NCBI RefSeq assembly: GCF_009914755.1
Contig: NC_060925.1
Direction: 5' to 3' (one strand)
Length of the DNA stretch: 64,000 nucleotides
Source of the DNA: the human T2T-CHM13v2.0 reference genome, Homo sapiens
Part shown: positions 26,570 through 39,790 of the stretch, one piece after another
Layout: each line of letters starts with the position of its first letter
How positions within the stretch are numbered: position 1 is the stretch's first letter
Translations under genes and position numbers: made by a program
The notes under the pieces: model-generated
Databases searched by the model: none
What the model was told of the DNA's origin: nothing
The model's input: the letters and a program-made list of their open reading frames with translations, nothing else

Positions 26570-27700
26570 AGAGGGAAACACAATACGCCGATAATGATCT
26601 AATATTTATACAACGCCTTTCTACCAGATGCATCCCAACAAAGTTTACAAGCTGTCCCTGCTGACGGCGCAATGTATTCCAGATCCTCTCCAGCCCCTGC
26701 CCCACCCTCGCCCTGCGGCCCCCACTCCCTCTTGGGCCTAAATGCCAGCAGAGGCTCATAAATCCACCTGAGGGATAGGAGAGCCCAGCTGGCCTGAGGG
26801 ACCGGCCCTTCTCTGACCCTCTCAGGCACTGCCCTGCAGGGGCATCATTTATGCTCATGACTGGGGGAAAAAAAGCCGGCCCGAGGAGGGGCAGGGCCGC
26901 ACTCGGGTTTTGAAGTGTGGCCAAAGCTCACAGCACCCAGCGAGCCTCTCCCCTAGCCCTCCACAGCCTCAGACCCGTGGGAGGGACAGAGGGAGGGCCC
27001 GGCTGGCGGGGCACAAATGTTCCTCCCAGTCACTTCCTCTGCAGCCGGCTCCATGAATGAGGATTTGTGTTCCTTCCCTCCCCATAAATTGCCCTTGGTC
27101 ACCAGGGCCATGTTCTGTGTCAGAGTCCCTGACCACCAGTCTTGGACAAAACTTGCTTTGTGAAGTCCGGGTGGAAGACAAACAAATGATTATTACCTTC
27201 ATTTATCCCCTCCCCCCACCTTTTTTTCTTGGCCTGGGGTTAAGACCTTTTTTCTCTGTCAACAATCTTGACTTTGTTCCCCGAGAAGGAAACAGCTCTG
27301 GGAGCGACTTGCAGAGATGCTGCTTGCAAGAAAACCGTTTGGGAGGAGGGTGAAAAAAGACAGAGGTTACAGGAAATGGCAGACATTTTTTGTTGAATTA
27401 AACCATTAGGAGTGACCCCCAAACCAGAGCCAGGCAGAGGGAACAACTGGATACATTTAGGTCAGGACAAGCAGCCAAGTGAGGAGCTGAAACCAATTAC
27501 CATAAATGAATGTTTCTCTTTTATTCACGACCACCGTGCCTGTTCCCAGGATGCTCTTGGGCGTCTTATAAAAACAGATGAACTCTCTGGTTTTGTTCGG
27601 GGAGTTATTAGCTAATGCAACTGTTGGGCAATTTATCAAACATTAGCACATGCTGTGATTAATGACCAAGAGAAGTCGTCACCGGCTGGTCCAAAGCCGT
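26570..27700. promoter_or_regulatory. Candidate HOX/PBX-type developmental enhancer cluster
   Basis: Repeat-poor and CpG-retaining. CATAAAT/TTTATG at 26757, 26845, 27082 and 27500. TGATNNAT at 27629 (-) and 27656 (+). Confidence 0.45.
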
Positions 27701-27794
27701 AGAGGCTGCCTGGACTTCAGGGCTTAGGGTAGGGTCTTCTCCTTGGTAAGAACTTTATTTAGGAAGTTGTTTCCCTAAAAGTAACAGCCATCCT

Positions 27795-28279
27795 CAAGTC
27801 CACCCCCTGTGTAGGGTTCTTCTGGTCATGACCCACTTAGGTGAGGAGATGGTCCTAAGATGCTGGTGGGGTATTGGGTCCAGGATGCTGCTCTGTGCTT
27901 TGGCCACCCCAATTGGCTTAGGGGTCCCTATTGTCTTTCCTGCCTCTGGGTGTGGCAGATACTGTGCTCTTGGCCTGGGGTGTCTTTCCCAGCTTGTCCA
28001 CCTGAGCAAAATCAGCTCCTCCTTCAGCTCTCAGCTCAAATGTTTCCTTCCCTGACTCCTGGCAGCCTGGGGTCTCCTTCTGTGTGTCCTCTGGATCTGA
28101 TGGAACTGTCTTTCCTCACACTCCATGTTCGAGTCGGATCTGGGGATGTGCACGTTGATCACGTAGATTCTGAGCTCCTGGTAGTCAAGGTGTGTCTGAT
28201 CCCTTGTGAAGTCTCTAGTGCCCAGCCAGAGCTCACAGATGGTTTGCATGGAGGGTTTTTGAATGAGTGAATGAGTGAA
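27795..28279 (-). repeat. Right arm of the inverted duplication
   Basis: Its reverse complement aligns to 25411-25935. Confidence 0.9.
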
Positions 28280-29555
28280 CGGCAGACCCATACACAGCAG
28301 TGTGCTGCTGTGACTCCTATAGTGTTAGGCTATATAAAGCACAAAAGCAAAAGCTTCGTGGTTCTCTCAGCACAGGTTCACCCTATTGTGGAGCTGCAGG
28401 AAACAGGCATCCATCTGAGAGCCACACAGGGGAGGAGTCTTACTGAGCGTGGCAGTTGTGCAGCTACTTTCTTTCTGCAGGCCTCAGTCTCCTCATCTGT
28501 GAAATGGGCTAGTAACATATCCAGAGCTTCTTGAGAGGAAGGTTGCAGAGGGCTACATGGTTTTGGGGACATTTCCAATTCAAAAGGAGAGGGAAGGAAG
28601 TAAAGTGAATTAAAACTGTTCTACTCTTTGCCCTTGAGTAACTCTGACTTGAAGAGAGGGATGGTTCAGCTTCTTCACAGGCTGGGCATTTGGCTAAAAT
28701 GACCCCGTGTGTCGGGGGGAGGAAAGAGCTGATCTTCAGAATCAGGAGGAGTTGCATCCAGTCCTGCTCAGCTGTGTTCTTGCTGTGTGACCTCACACAA
28801 TTCACACCATCTCTTGGAGCTTCAGTTTTGGTTCTGAAAAATGGGACAATAATACTTCACACCCTGGGGGATGTCAATGTCTAAAAAGTGCTGAGTTCAG
28901 CTCTTGGCCCAGAGCAGGGTCTCCTTCAATAGTAGCTTCTGTTATTGTTATTAAATATATTAACAAATGTCACCGGCAGGTGAGAAGCATCTTTGTTGTT
29001 TGTTGCAGACAAGATATTTAGTACGACTCTTGCTGTTACAGAATTAACAGTCTTCCTCCCTGCTAATTCCCCCATATATGTTTCCGACCTAGCAGCGGTC
29101 CCTTTGCCAGGCTGCAGCGGGCCTGTCCCTGCTGAGCTGCACCATCCCAGCCTGCTGGGGCCGACGTCTGCCAGAAAAGCAGACCACCTTCTCAGATTTT
29201 CCATTGCAGCTGGGAGAGAGACAAGGAGGTCGGGCTGGCAGAGCAAATTACAAAGAAGCCTCTGGCTCTAGCTCCCACTCTGGCAGGGCAGGCCCCTCAT
29301 GTGGTGGGCGAGGCACTGCCAAGGAGCTGGCCCCAAATGGGTCTGGAGCAGCAGGCGTCCACCCACCAGGACATATAGGAGCCCCTGAGTTACCCTGGGT
29401 TAGCAAAGAGCAGGGAAGTACGCAAGCAAGGCAGAGAGTGTCTTCCTGTCTGCAGAGAAGGGCCAAGGTTTGAATCCAGGCTCTGGAAGACTTCAGGCAG
29501 GTTGCTTCTCCTCTTCCAGATGCAGCTTCCTCTATCTGTAAAATGGGAACAAATG

Positions 29556-29890
29556 TGGGTCCACAGTCCCTTATCTGACATGCTTGAAGCCAGATGTATT
29601 TGGAAGTCAGAACTTTTCAGATTTTTAGGGTGTAATGTTGTATATACCATACTTTATAAAACAGCCACAGCCGGGTAAGGGGAGCAGCCTGTAAACAAGC
29701 GCTTGCTGACTTCTGCAGTGAATTGGATGAATACGCACATTAAGTAGAATTAGTAAAGATCATAAATAGCTTCATGTAGGTTCAGGCTGGGATTTTTGAC
29801 ATGAAAACAATTTGCTGCAAATTTATGGAAAAGCTCTACTTTTTCTGATCTTCTTGGATTTTGGAATTGATAACAGACTAGGGATCTGTA
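29556..29890 (+). mobile_element. MER46C (TcMar-Tigger MITE)
   Basis: ggtccacagtcccttatctga...gccagatgtatttggaagtcagaa...ggattttggaattg follows MER46C. Confidence 0.8.
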
Positions 29891-29984
29891 GTCTATGCCA
29901 TGGGCTTGTGGTGAAGACAGCAACAGAGAGTGAGCATAAGGCAGCTTGCAGATTTTCAGAAAATGGGAAGTATTTGTTCCCCCA

Positions 29985-30137
29985 GACTGGAGGTTCTCCA
30001 CCTTGGCTACACATTGGAGCCACCTGAGGAGCTCTAAAATCTATGATCCCCAGACCCCACTCCCTGGCAGCATGAAATCTGCAGCTGTGGGCCTGCAGCC
30101 CTGGCAGTGATGTTTCAAAGCACTCCTTGGGTGATTC
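29985..30137. mobile_element. MER5-type MITE, continuing at ~31390-31425 after the L1
   Basis: ggttctccaccttggctacacattggagccacctgaggagc...gggtgattct. Confidence 0.65.
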
Positions 30138-31385
30138 TTTTCTTCTTTTTAATCTTTTTTAAATGAAAGCTTTATTGAGACATAATTCACTTACCATACA
30201 ATTCACCTTTTTAAAGTGTATAACTTAATGGCTTTTAGTATTTCAGAGTTGTGTAAGCATCACCACCATCAATTTAAGAACATTTCATCACCTTAAAAAG
30301 AAGCACCATATTCTTTTGCTTTCACTAACTTACTCCTCCACCTCCCCAACCCTAAGCGACCACTCATCTGCCTTCTGTCTCTACAGGTTTCTTATTCTGG
30401 ACATTTCATATAAATGGAATCATACAGTATGTATGGTCTTTTGTGACTGGCATTTTCCACTTAGCATAACGTTTTCAAAGTTGAAGGTTCATCCCCGTTG
30501 TTGCATGTATCAGTACTTTATTCTTTCTATGGCTGAAAAACCTAATTTGCTGTATCCATTTATCTGGTAGTGGAGATTTCGGTTGTTTCCACCTTTGACT
30601 ATTATAAATAATGCTGCTGTGAACATTCGTATGCAAGTTTCTGTGTGAACATATGTTTTCTTTTCTCTTGGATATGTAACCAGGAGAGGAATTATTGGGT
30701 CAAATGGTAACTCTATGTTCAACTTTTTGAGAAACTGCCAGACTTTTTCCCAAAGTGGTTACACCATTTTATATTCCCACCAGCAGTGTATGAGGGTTCT
30801 GATTTCTCCACGTCTTTGTTTTCTCCGACTTTTTGATCATAACCATCCTCCTGACTGTGAAGTGATATCTTATTATGGCTTTGATTTGTATTTCCCTGAT
30901 AATTAATAACGTTGAGCATCTTTTTATGTGCCTATTAGCCATTTTTCTATCTTATTTAGAGAAATGTCTTTTCAGATCCTTCATCCATTTTAAAATTAGC
31001 TTTTTAAAATTATTGAGTTTCAAGGGTTGTTTATATGTCCTAGGTACAAGTCCCTTGTCAGACATATGATTTACAAATATTTCCTCTCATTCTGTGCATT
31101 CTCCTTCCTCTTTCTTGATAGTATCCTCGGAAGCACAAAAGTTTAAAATTTTGATAAAGTCCAATTTATGTATTGTTTTCTTTTGTTGTTTGTGCTTTTG
31201 GGGTCATGTCTGAGGGCTCATTTGCCATATTCAAGGTCTCAGAGACTTATCCATGTTTTCTTTGGAGAGTTTTATAGTTTTGGCTCCTACATGTAGGTCT
31301 TACATCCATTTTTAGTTAATTTTTGTATATAATGTGAAGTAAGGGTTCAACTTCATTTTTTCGCATATGGCTATCCAGTTGTCCC
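30138..31385 (-). mobile_element. L1MB-type LINE 3' end (ORF2 C-terminus and 3' UTR)
   Basis: gctttattgagacataattcac...tttgagaaactgccagact. Reverse ORF reads NIELPFDPIIPLL. Confidence 0.9.
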
Positions 31386-31494
31386 TCCATAGGTGGTGCA
31401 TGTACAGTTTGAGACTCACTACATTAGATCATTAACCCCAGGAAGGCTGAATTTGTGTTTTCTATGTCCTAGAAAACCACAGCAGCAACACAAG

Positions 31495-31501
31495 AATGAG
31501 T

Positions 31502-31534
<33 letters not shown>

Positions 31535-31535
31535 A
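31495..31535. repeat. (GGAT)n simple repeat
   Basis: ggatggacggatggatggatggatg. Confidence 0.85.
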
Positions 31536-33289
31536 GTCATGAGGGCAAATGTGCTATGAGTCAGAGACTCTGTCCCGACAGAAAATAGGTAGGTATTGAT
31601 GAATATCAACCTCCTTACTAGGGAGAACCCCCTCTTGGTATGGCAGAGCTTGTCCAGACTCTTTTACTTTACCTTTGGTGGTTAGGAGCTCCCTCTCCAC
31701 AGAGCTAGTCACTGGGGAGGCATCTTGTTGACCCGTAGGAAAGTTTATTCTCACACAGAGCTGAAACCTGCCTCCTTCGTGTCTTCGCCCCTTCCCCCAG
31801 CCCTGGCTCTGCCCTCTGGGGCCCCCCGCCAGTGCTTCAACTTCCTTTACTGTGGGCCAGCTCTGACGATTGTGTGACAATGAGGGTGGCTGGCTGTGGC
31901 TTCCTCTCCTGCAGGCTGAGCAGCACCCACTTCTCACAGGGTGGGATTGTCAGCCCCTCATACCCTGACTGCCCCCTGTGCATCCATCTCAGCCACCCCT
32001 GTTCTGCCAAAGGGCAGGCCCAGGACCTGACACAGTCCACCAAATGGCATGTAACCAACCAGCTCAGAGAAAAGCAGGTCGTGTTTTCCCCCTCCTTTTG
32101 GCCTGTAGTCTGAGCAAGCAGTGTGTTGCTGTTGCTATTTTTCATTAGCCCCAACACACTGCTCGCTCAGATTAAGCTTATGGTACTCATTAACAATATA
32201 TGCAATGTATTATTTTATTATGCTATATCGATATCATCAATATTATTATTAATGATATATTAGGCTCTATTAATGCTGATGATGATCATCTACTGAGTGT
32301 TTACTCTGTGCCAGCATTATGCACAGTGCTTTATAAATATTGTCTCATTTGGTTTTTTTAAAGGGATTTATTTTTGTATCCATTTTAGAGAAAAGTGAGT
32401 CTCAGAGCAGTGAAGTAGCTGACTCAAGGCCACCAAGCTTGGATTTGCACCTGTGTTTGCCTTCAAAGACCCTGATTTCGAGCTCTGTGCTATCCTGCCT
32501 CCTGATGACTGTCCTTCCTGAGGGCAGTGCTTCCCCCAGTGTTTCCAGCCTGCCTCTCTGTTTTTGCTCACAGATTTCTGACCAGTCAAGGATGAGCAGA
32601 AGCAGAGTCCTTAGTATTCCATTCTAACCCCTGCGCAGCCTAAATAATAATGCTTCAAGATTGTGCAGTGGGTTGGGAGCATCACTTACAGGCATTTGTC
32701 TTTGGACCCCTGGCACTTCCTCTGTGGACTGAAGAGGCAATCACCATAGCACCTTCCCTTTCCTGGCACTTGCTGCATCCCAGAGCAGGGTCACCAGGCA
32801 TGTGGAGCCCACCAACCCTTCAAGGAGGAGTAGGCAGGGTATATTGTACAGATGGGCAAAGAGCCCAGCTGGAGCCAGACTGGACCATGTTTTGCAGCCT
32901 TGCCCTCCAAGGAGGCACTGGCTGTTCTCACACTGCCAACCTGGCACAAGCCCCTGTGGCTGTGAGCAAGTTGGGTGTGGCATGCAGAACCCTTGGAGGC
33001 TGGCACGTGTCAAGAGAAGAAAGGTCCTTGGAACCACTTTGCAAGTTTATTAGGCACATTTTCAAGGCCCAAACAGGCTCCAAGAAGTTACAGAAATAGC
33101 TGGTGATTTATTTCCAGTCAGTGTAGTTTGACCAATTCAATTCACTATAGCATACTAGAAATAATTCCTATCTTCTCATCCACTCTTTAACTTATTCATT
33201 CAGTGATTCTCTCATTCATTCATCACTATATTCAATTATTTTTGCTTGTTCGCTCATTCATTTTCTCATTCATTCATTTACTCCGATAC

Positions 33290-33600
33290 CTACATAGGTC
33301 TACTTCCTCACCTCTTTTAAGACTTTTTCTCAAATGTCACATTCATAGTGAGGCCCTCTGTTCTATCCCCCACCACAGGAAAAGCCCTTTACCTGTTTTA
33401 ATTTTCTCCATGCATTTTCCTAATATACTATCTAATTTACTTATTTGCTTTTTCATTGTCTGACTCTGCTGATTATAATAAGCAGAGATTGGGTCTATTG
33501 CTTTTATGACTAGGTCCTCAGTGCCTAGAATAGTGTCTGGCACATAAGGGGATTGATAAGTGTTTATGGAATTAATGAATCTGTTTATTTTATTCAAGAA
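33290..33600 (+). mobile_element. L2 LINE 3' end
   Basis: ctcaaatgtcac...gtgaggccct...cagtgcctagaatagtgtctggcacataag. Confidence 0.8.
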
Positions 33601-34439
33601 ATACAGTTCTGAGAGTCTGCTGGATAGACAGTTGTTTTTGAAGGGGGTCAGGATCCAGGACAGGTGCTTGGGATAGACGCTCGTGGGGTGAACTTTGAAG
33701 GCTGGGGATGCCTGTGTTAACAGAGATAGTGATGGGTGACTGGTGGATCATTGTAGGCTGATGGGACAGCTAGTACACAGCAAGTGGAAAAGTACAGGCT
33801 GTGTTTGCAGAGATGCTCCTGAGGCCAAATGGCTGGATTTGGTGAGTAATTGAATGTAGGGGCTGAGGGTGAGGGAAGCCTTGGGGATGACTGAGGTTGT
33901 GTGTTGGACAGTCTGGGTGGAAGTGATGTCATTAACCAAGGGAGACATCGGGGGCTTCGAAAAAAGGAAAGACAATGGCTTCAAGACCTCTCTTTCAAAA
34001 GCAACTTTCAATTACAATTTGACCCATGTTTTTTGTGTTGTGTTGATTTTATTTTTGATTCACATTGTCTGCTTCTGCCAGGCGCCTGGAGAAGAGGGTG
34101 TTTTGGGCACCTCATCCATCTCTGCTGTCTTACATCTTGGTGTCTGTGAAATGTGGCTTCTTGGTTCGAACGTGAAAGGGGTTTGCACAATGGAAGACCC
34201 GCCCATAGGCTTTCCTTTGCCGTGGCTGGCATGAGCTGTGGTGAGACTGGGATGGGAAATGAGGCATTAGAGTTTGACACTTGGACTTTATTGCCTCCAA
34301 ATGATTGTCTGCCTTTTGAAAATTATAGAGAAGCCTGCTTTGGAATTTTGAGCAAACATCAGCCACAGCTCCACAGCTATGGATTTTATGTGAAATTACA
34401 GCCAGAAGAGGAGGAAGAGGGAGAGGGGCAGCTGGAAGT

Positions 34440-34740
34440 CTCCCTGGGAGAGGAGTCTTTGAAGGGCTGTTCCCTGGCAGAGCAAACAGATCTGTTCTGC
34501 AGGGTCCCTGAAGGAGGGGACAAGGAGGAGGCTCTAAAGCCTATAAAAAGGTCCTCTCATAATCAGATATTCCCAAAGATGAGATGGGTTGACTTTGAAA
34601 GTAGTGAGCTCCCTGATCTGTGAAGTATGCAAGCAGGGGCTGAACAGATAATTATTAGAGAGCCTGCAGAGTGGCTTCTTGTTCTAGGCGGGTAACTGGA
34701 GTGGACTTCACTTTGAGGTACTTCCAGGACTCATGTTCCA
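34440..34740 (+). mobile_element. L3/CR1 3' end
   Basis: tttgaagggctgt...cagatctgttctg...gtagtgagctccctg...gaagtatgcaagcagggg. Confidence 0.65.
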
Positions 34741-35125
34741 AGCTGCTAAGAGATTTCAGAGATTAAACATGTCGCAGCATTGCCATTGCCCCTCTTCCAA
34801 CTCTGAGACATCCTCCTCCTCCCACGATCCAAATCCATGGCCTTGAATGATGGAAATTAAGACATCAAGAACAGGTCATAGTAAAAGTGTTCCAACTAAT
34901 GAATGAAAAAAAAAAAAGACAGAATTTGGTATCACCCACTACTTTGCAATACCCACAGAATTAATGGAGCTAGACACTGAACATCAATGGCTGCCAACAA
35001 TCTCAGAAAGAGACACAGCCAGACCTTGTGTGTTCCCGATGAAAGCGCACAACTCCACCGATCATCTTGCCAAAGGGGTTTGAGCCTAAGTGTGATCTAC
35101 TCTCTGGATCCAGCTGCCAATTTGA

Positions 35126-35504
<379 letters not shown>

Positions 35505-35718
35505 TGGAAACTCTTTAGGTCAAAGGGCCAGGGTACTTCCATGGATAAACTGTCAGGTAGAGCAAGGGATGGCAGTGGAAGGCTGGGGATTACAAGAGAC
35601 CTAAAAGACATCAAATATAGGAAATGAACATGACTGAATGATAGTGTCTAGGGATGTACATTTAGGTGATCAAATTATAAGGAAAAGCAAGAAAATAGTA
35701 ATTACAAAAGTTAGAATT

Positions 35719-36054
<336 letters not shown>

Positions 36055-36882
36055 CTATGGTGACGGACACAGCTTTATTTCTTACCTTGGGAATGGTTAC
36101 AAAGGTATTCACCTTAGAGTGATTCATTAAATGATATGTTTGCTTTGTATGGTTTTCTGTTATTTTACAATAAAAGGTTAAAAAGACTAAGTCACAAATA
36201 TGGCATTCTGGTCTTACCCCCCAAGCACCTGTATATTGGCAGCCCTTGTCTGCTCAGAGTTGGGTGACCCTGACTGGCAGTGGTCTCTTTCTTCCAGTTT
36301 CCAAGACACTCTGAAACACAGAGACAAAGAGATAAAGAAAATGGAGAAACATCCCTATGATGGAAAAAAATAAACAAACTCATTGCTTAAAAACATCAGC
36401 AACAGTAATAATAACAATAACAAAAAACCCATCTGTGAAATTTACAGGTCTCCAGTTAAGCTGGTGCGTCCCTTCCTAATTAGTCCTTCCCTGGATGAGA
36501 ATGGGTCTGGGTCCATGTTGGGGAAAGGTGGTGGTGGTGATGGGGGTAGCTGGGTGCCTGTGAGAAGCCTGAGGCTGTCTCCTCTGTCTTTCCCATCCCC
36601 TGAGACCACCACTGCCCAGCAGTATTGGCCTGGGAAGCTCTGCATGGCCCCTGGGCTGCTCAGTCTCCTGGGAGAGGTGCTACTCTGTTTCCTGTGAGAT
36701 AAGGCGCAGGGATATATTTAGATAAAAGCAAAGTGAAATTGAAATCCCTTGGGAAATCCCTTGGGAGGGGTGGTGTGGAAAGATTCCGGAGCCTGCTCAG
36801 CGGCTCCAAGTTTTACAGTCTGGTGAACATAGAGCCTGGCCCTTGTCCGCGCTGAAGGCAGCCACCAGGGCACCAGAATTGC

Positions 36883-36884
<2 letters not shown>

Positions 36885-36920
<36 letters not shown>
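36885..36920. repeat. (GT)n microsatellite
   Basis: ~18 uninterrupted GT units. Confidence 0.97.
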
Positions 36921-36921
<1 letters not shown>

Positions 36922-39790
36922 GGGAGTCCTGAAAGGGACAGGCTTGCTTGACTCCTGCTCTCAGGGGCTCACATGAGGACTTCCTGGGATGGGCCTGGCA
37001 GAGGCAGCAGCGGAGAGAGAGCCCTGCCACTGTCCTGAACACTGCAGTGTGATTCAGGGAAGCCATGTGACTTCTCTGGTCCTCTGCTGTCTCATCTAAA
37101 AGAGAGGGGATGAAATAAGATGGCCCGGAGTTCCCTCTCAGTTTTCACAGTGAGGGACTCTAAACTGCAATATTTCTCTGGCTCATATTTCTTTGACCCT
37201 CATGCTGGGTATCAAAGAGCTTTCTTTCTACAAAAAGCCTGTAGCTTATGCTCACACCTCCCTCTTGGAGGAGGTGCTGAGATGCCTTGATATCTAACCT
37301 TCTCATTTCTTAGAACTGTTGAAAAGAAAGTGCATCTCTAGCTTTCCTGACTCACTCAGAACCTGTGGTGCCTGCACATGTTGTGAGAATTAGGAAAAGA
37401 TGCCCCTGTGCAGGCATTGCCCAGCATGCTCATAGTGAGGCTGCTGCAGAGGGGATGGTATCTTTGGAAAAATTGAAAAGAGGAGCCCTTTTCGCCCCCC
37501 ACCACCCCCCGGCAAAGGACACAGCCCTGTGGCAATGCACATAGCTTGGAGAGCAAAACAAGAAATGAATTTTTCAGCCACCATTTCCCTCTTGGCAGGG
37601 TGTCTTGAACAATGAACAACCTGTACAACTGCACATAATGGACTGTTTAACTGCTTTGGGCTTCTGAAGGGGCCAGGCATCCATTCTTGCTCCAATAAAT
37701 GAAAATAAGCAAATAGAGAGGAGTCTTCAGAGAATTCCTTTCCACATGAGCTCCAGTGCTCAGCATGGGGTCTGGGAGAGAGTAGGATCATGGATTACTC
37801 TACATCATGGTTACCAACTTCAGCTAGGACCCAATCACAGTCTGCAGCCTTTCTGTTGAAGTACACAAATTCTCTTCTCTCTTCTCAGATCTTCACCCAC
37901 CCTTTCCATCCTATCCTCTTACCCAGAAGACACCTTGTTCCCTACTCACAGAGACGCAGAAGGTGCCACATGAGACTTTCCTCAGCTTCCCACAACCAAA
38001 GCTATGTCTAGTTCCACCCTCACCATCATCCCTCCTTCCTCACCGTCTCCAGCCACTCAGCCCTTCTCTGCATTCTCTGGATTTCTTCCCGACTTCTTCT
38101 GCTGCCTGACTCCTCTCTTACACCATTCAGGTCTCCCTTAAGCATAATTTCTTCCAGGGTGAAAAGGAGGTGGTAGGGAGCTTCCCTGATGCCCTGTCTG
38201 CCCCTGTTAGAGGAGAGTTCTGTCTATTACAAACTTCAGTGGCTTTCCTTCCTTTTGCATAATACTCTGTGCATTTGCAATTTACTTCTTCAGTTTCTCT
38301 TCTTCCGTGGTAGACTGTGGGTGCCCACGGCAGGGATGGTAAATGCCTCCTTCACTTGCGACAGCTTCAGTGCCTAGTCCCTAGCCTGGTATGTGAAATG
38401 GGGGGCAGGGCTGGCATTTACTGTCTGTGGCTGAACAAATGTGTGACTGTGTGTGAAGTGAGGTATAAATGAATTTGGGAATGAATGCTATGAGTTCCTG
38501 TGGCTCGCTCCCCTTGACCTCATTTGCAACAGGGACCCATGGATCCCACAAAGATAAAAAATGGAAGGAACAGTACTGATTGTCCAAGTCTGTCCTGCTA
38601 TTCTACCGCATAGGAAACTGAGACCCAGAGAGAGTAAAGAGGAATGGGCCTGCCTAATGTCACGTGGCCAGGAAACAGCAGAGACTGAGGTCCAAGTCGG
38701 GCTCCTTGCCCTGGTCTAGGGCCCAGAGGAGAGAGGTCGTTCAAGAGAAAATTTATTGGGAGTAGCTCCTGTAATACGAAGTGGTACCTCCATGTATACA
38801 GCCATTTAAGCTTCTGAAAGACTGCCACTGCACCCTCTCACTAGCTCTGCAAGATAGGCCATGCATGGCTGGCCAGCCCCTCTGTTTAAATGGAGAAACT
38901 GAGCCCTGTGCTCCTGGAGTGTGGCTGGGGCTGCTGCCTCCCTCCCATATTCCTGGAGAAGATCACCTCAAAGGAAGTGAAGATATTTTTGAAAGTGTGT
39001 GTGCGTGTGTGTGTGTGTGTGTATGAAATGGGGGAGTTTTCAGCATCAGCTGAGGATAGAGAGGGAGGCTGGGGTCAGGGGGGCCTAGAATGACAGGTTA
39101 AGGAGTCTGGGTTTTGCCCAGTAGTGGAATGGGAGCTACCAATGGTGTTTGGTCTGAGGGTGCCATGCTGGGAGTGGGTTTTCAGGAAGGCACCTCTGGT
39201 ACATGGGAAGGTGGGAGGGTGGGTGTGAATCTGAGACTCAGGTCGGGGGTGCAAGCTTGATTTCTCTCCTCCTTTGGGTGGGCAGCTGGCAGCCTGCTGG
39301 GCAGGGCAGGGTGGGTGGGAGGCAGATAGTGGGGGTGAGCTCCTTAAGAACAGCATCAGCCTTCAGCCTGTGGAAGGATAAAGAGCTCACGTTTGGGAGC
39401 AGCCAGCCAGCATGTGTCCTGGGACTGGGCTTCGTAGCCACACACTTTCCTGTAAGGAATCCCACCCAGAGCTGTTCCTCCCAGGCCCAGCCCTCTGGGG
39501 AGCGGGGAAGGCGGGGCCTGGCTGTTTGCACTGCAGGGAACCAGGTGGGATGTCCGGGTCCCTTTTATTGTACTGCCAGGGGCACTGAGGGAACTTGGTG
39601 TGTAGGGTGTGTGCCCGTGAGAGTAAGACGGACTGGGGGCACCTGAGAGAGGTGTGTACAAGTGTGAGGCTGTGTGTGCATGTGAACAAGAGGACATCTC
39701 TTGCAATGTGTGTGAAGCTGAGTGTGGGTGAGTGTGAGATTGTGTGAGGCCTCTGTGCATGAGCATGAAACGGCACAGCAATGACAGGGG

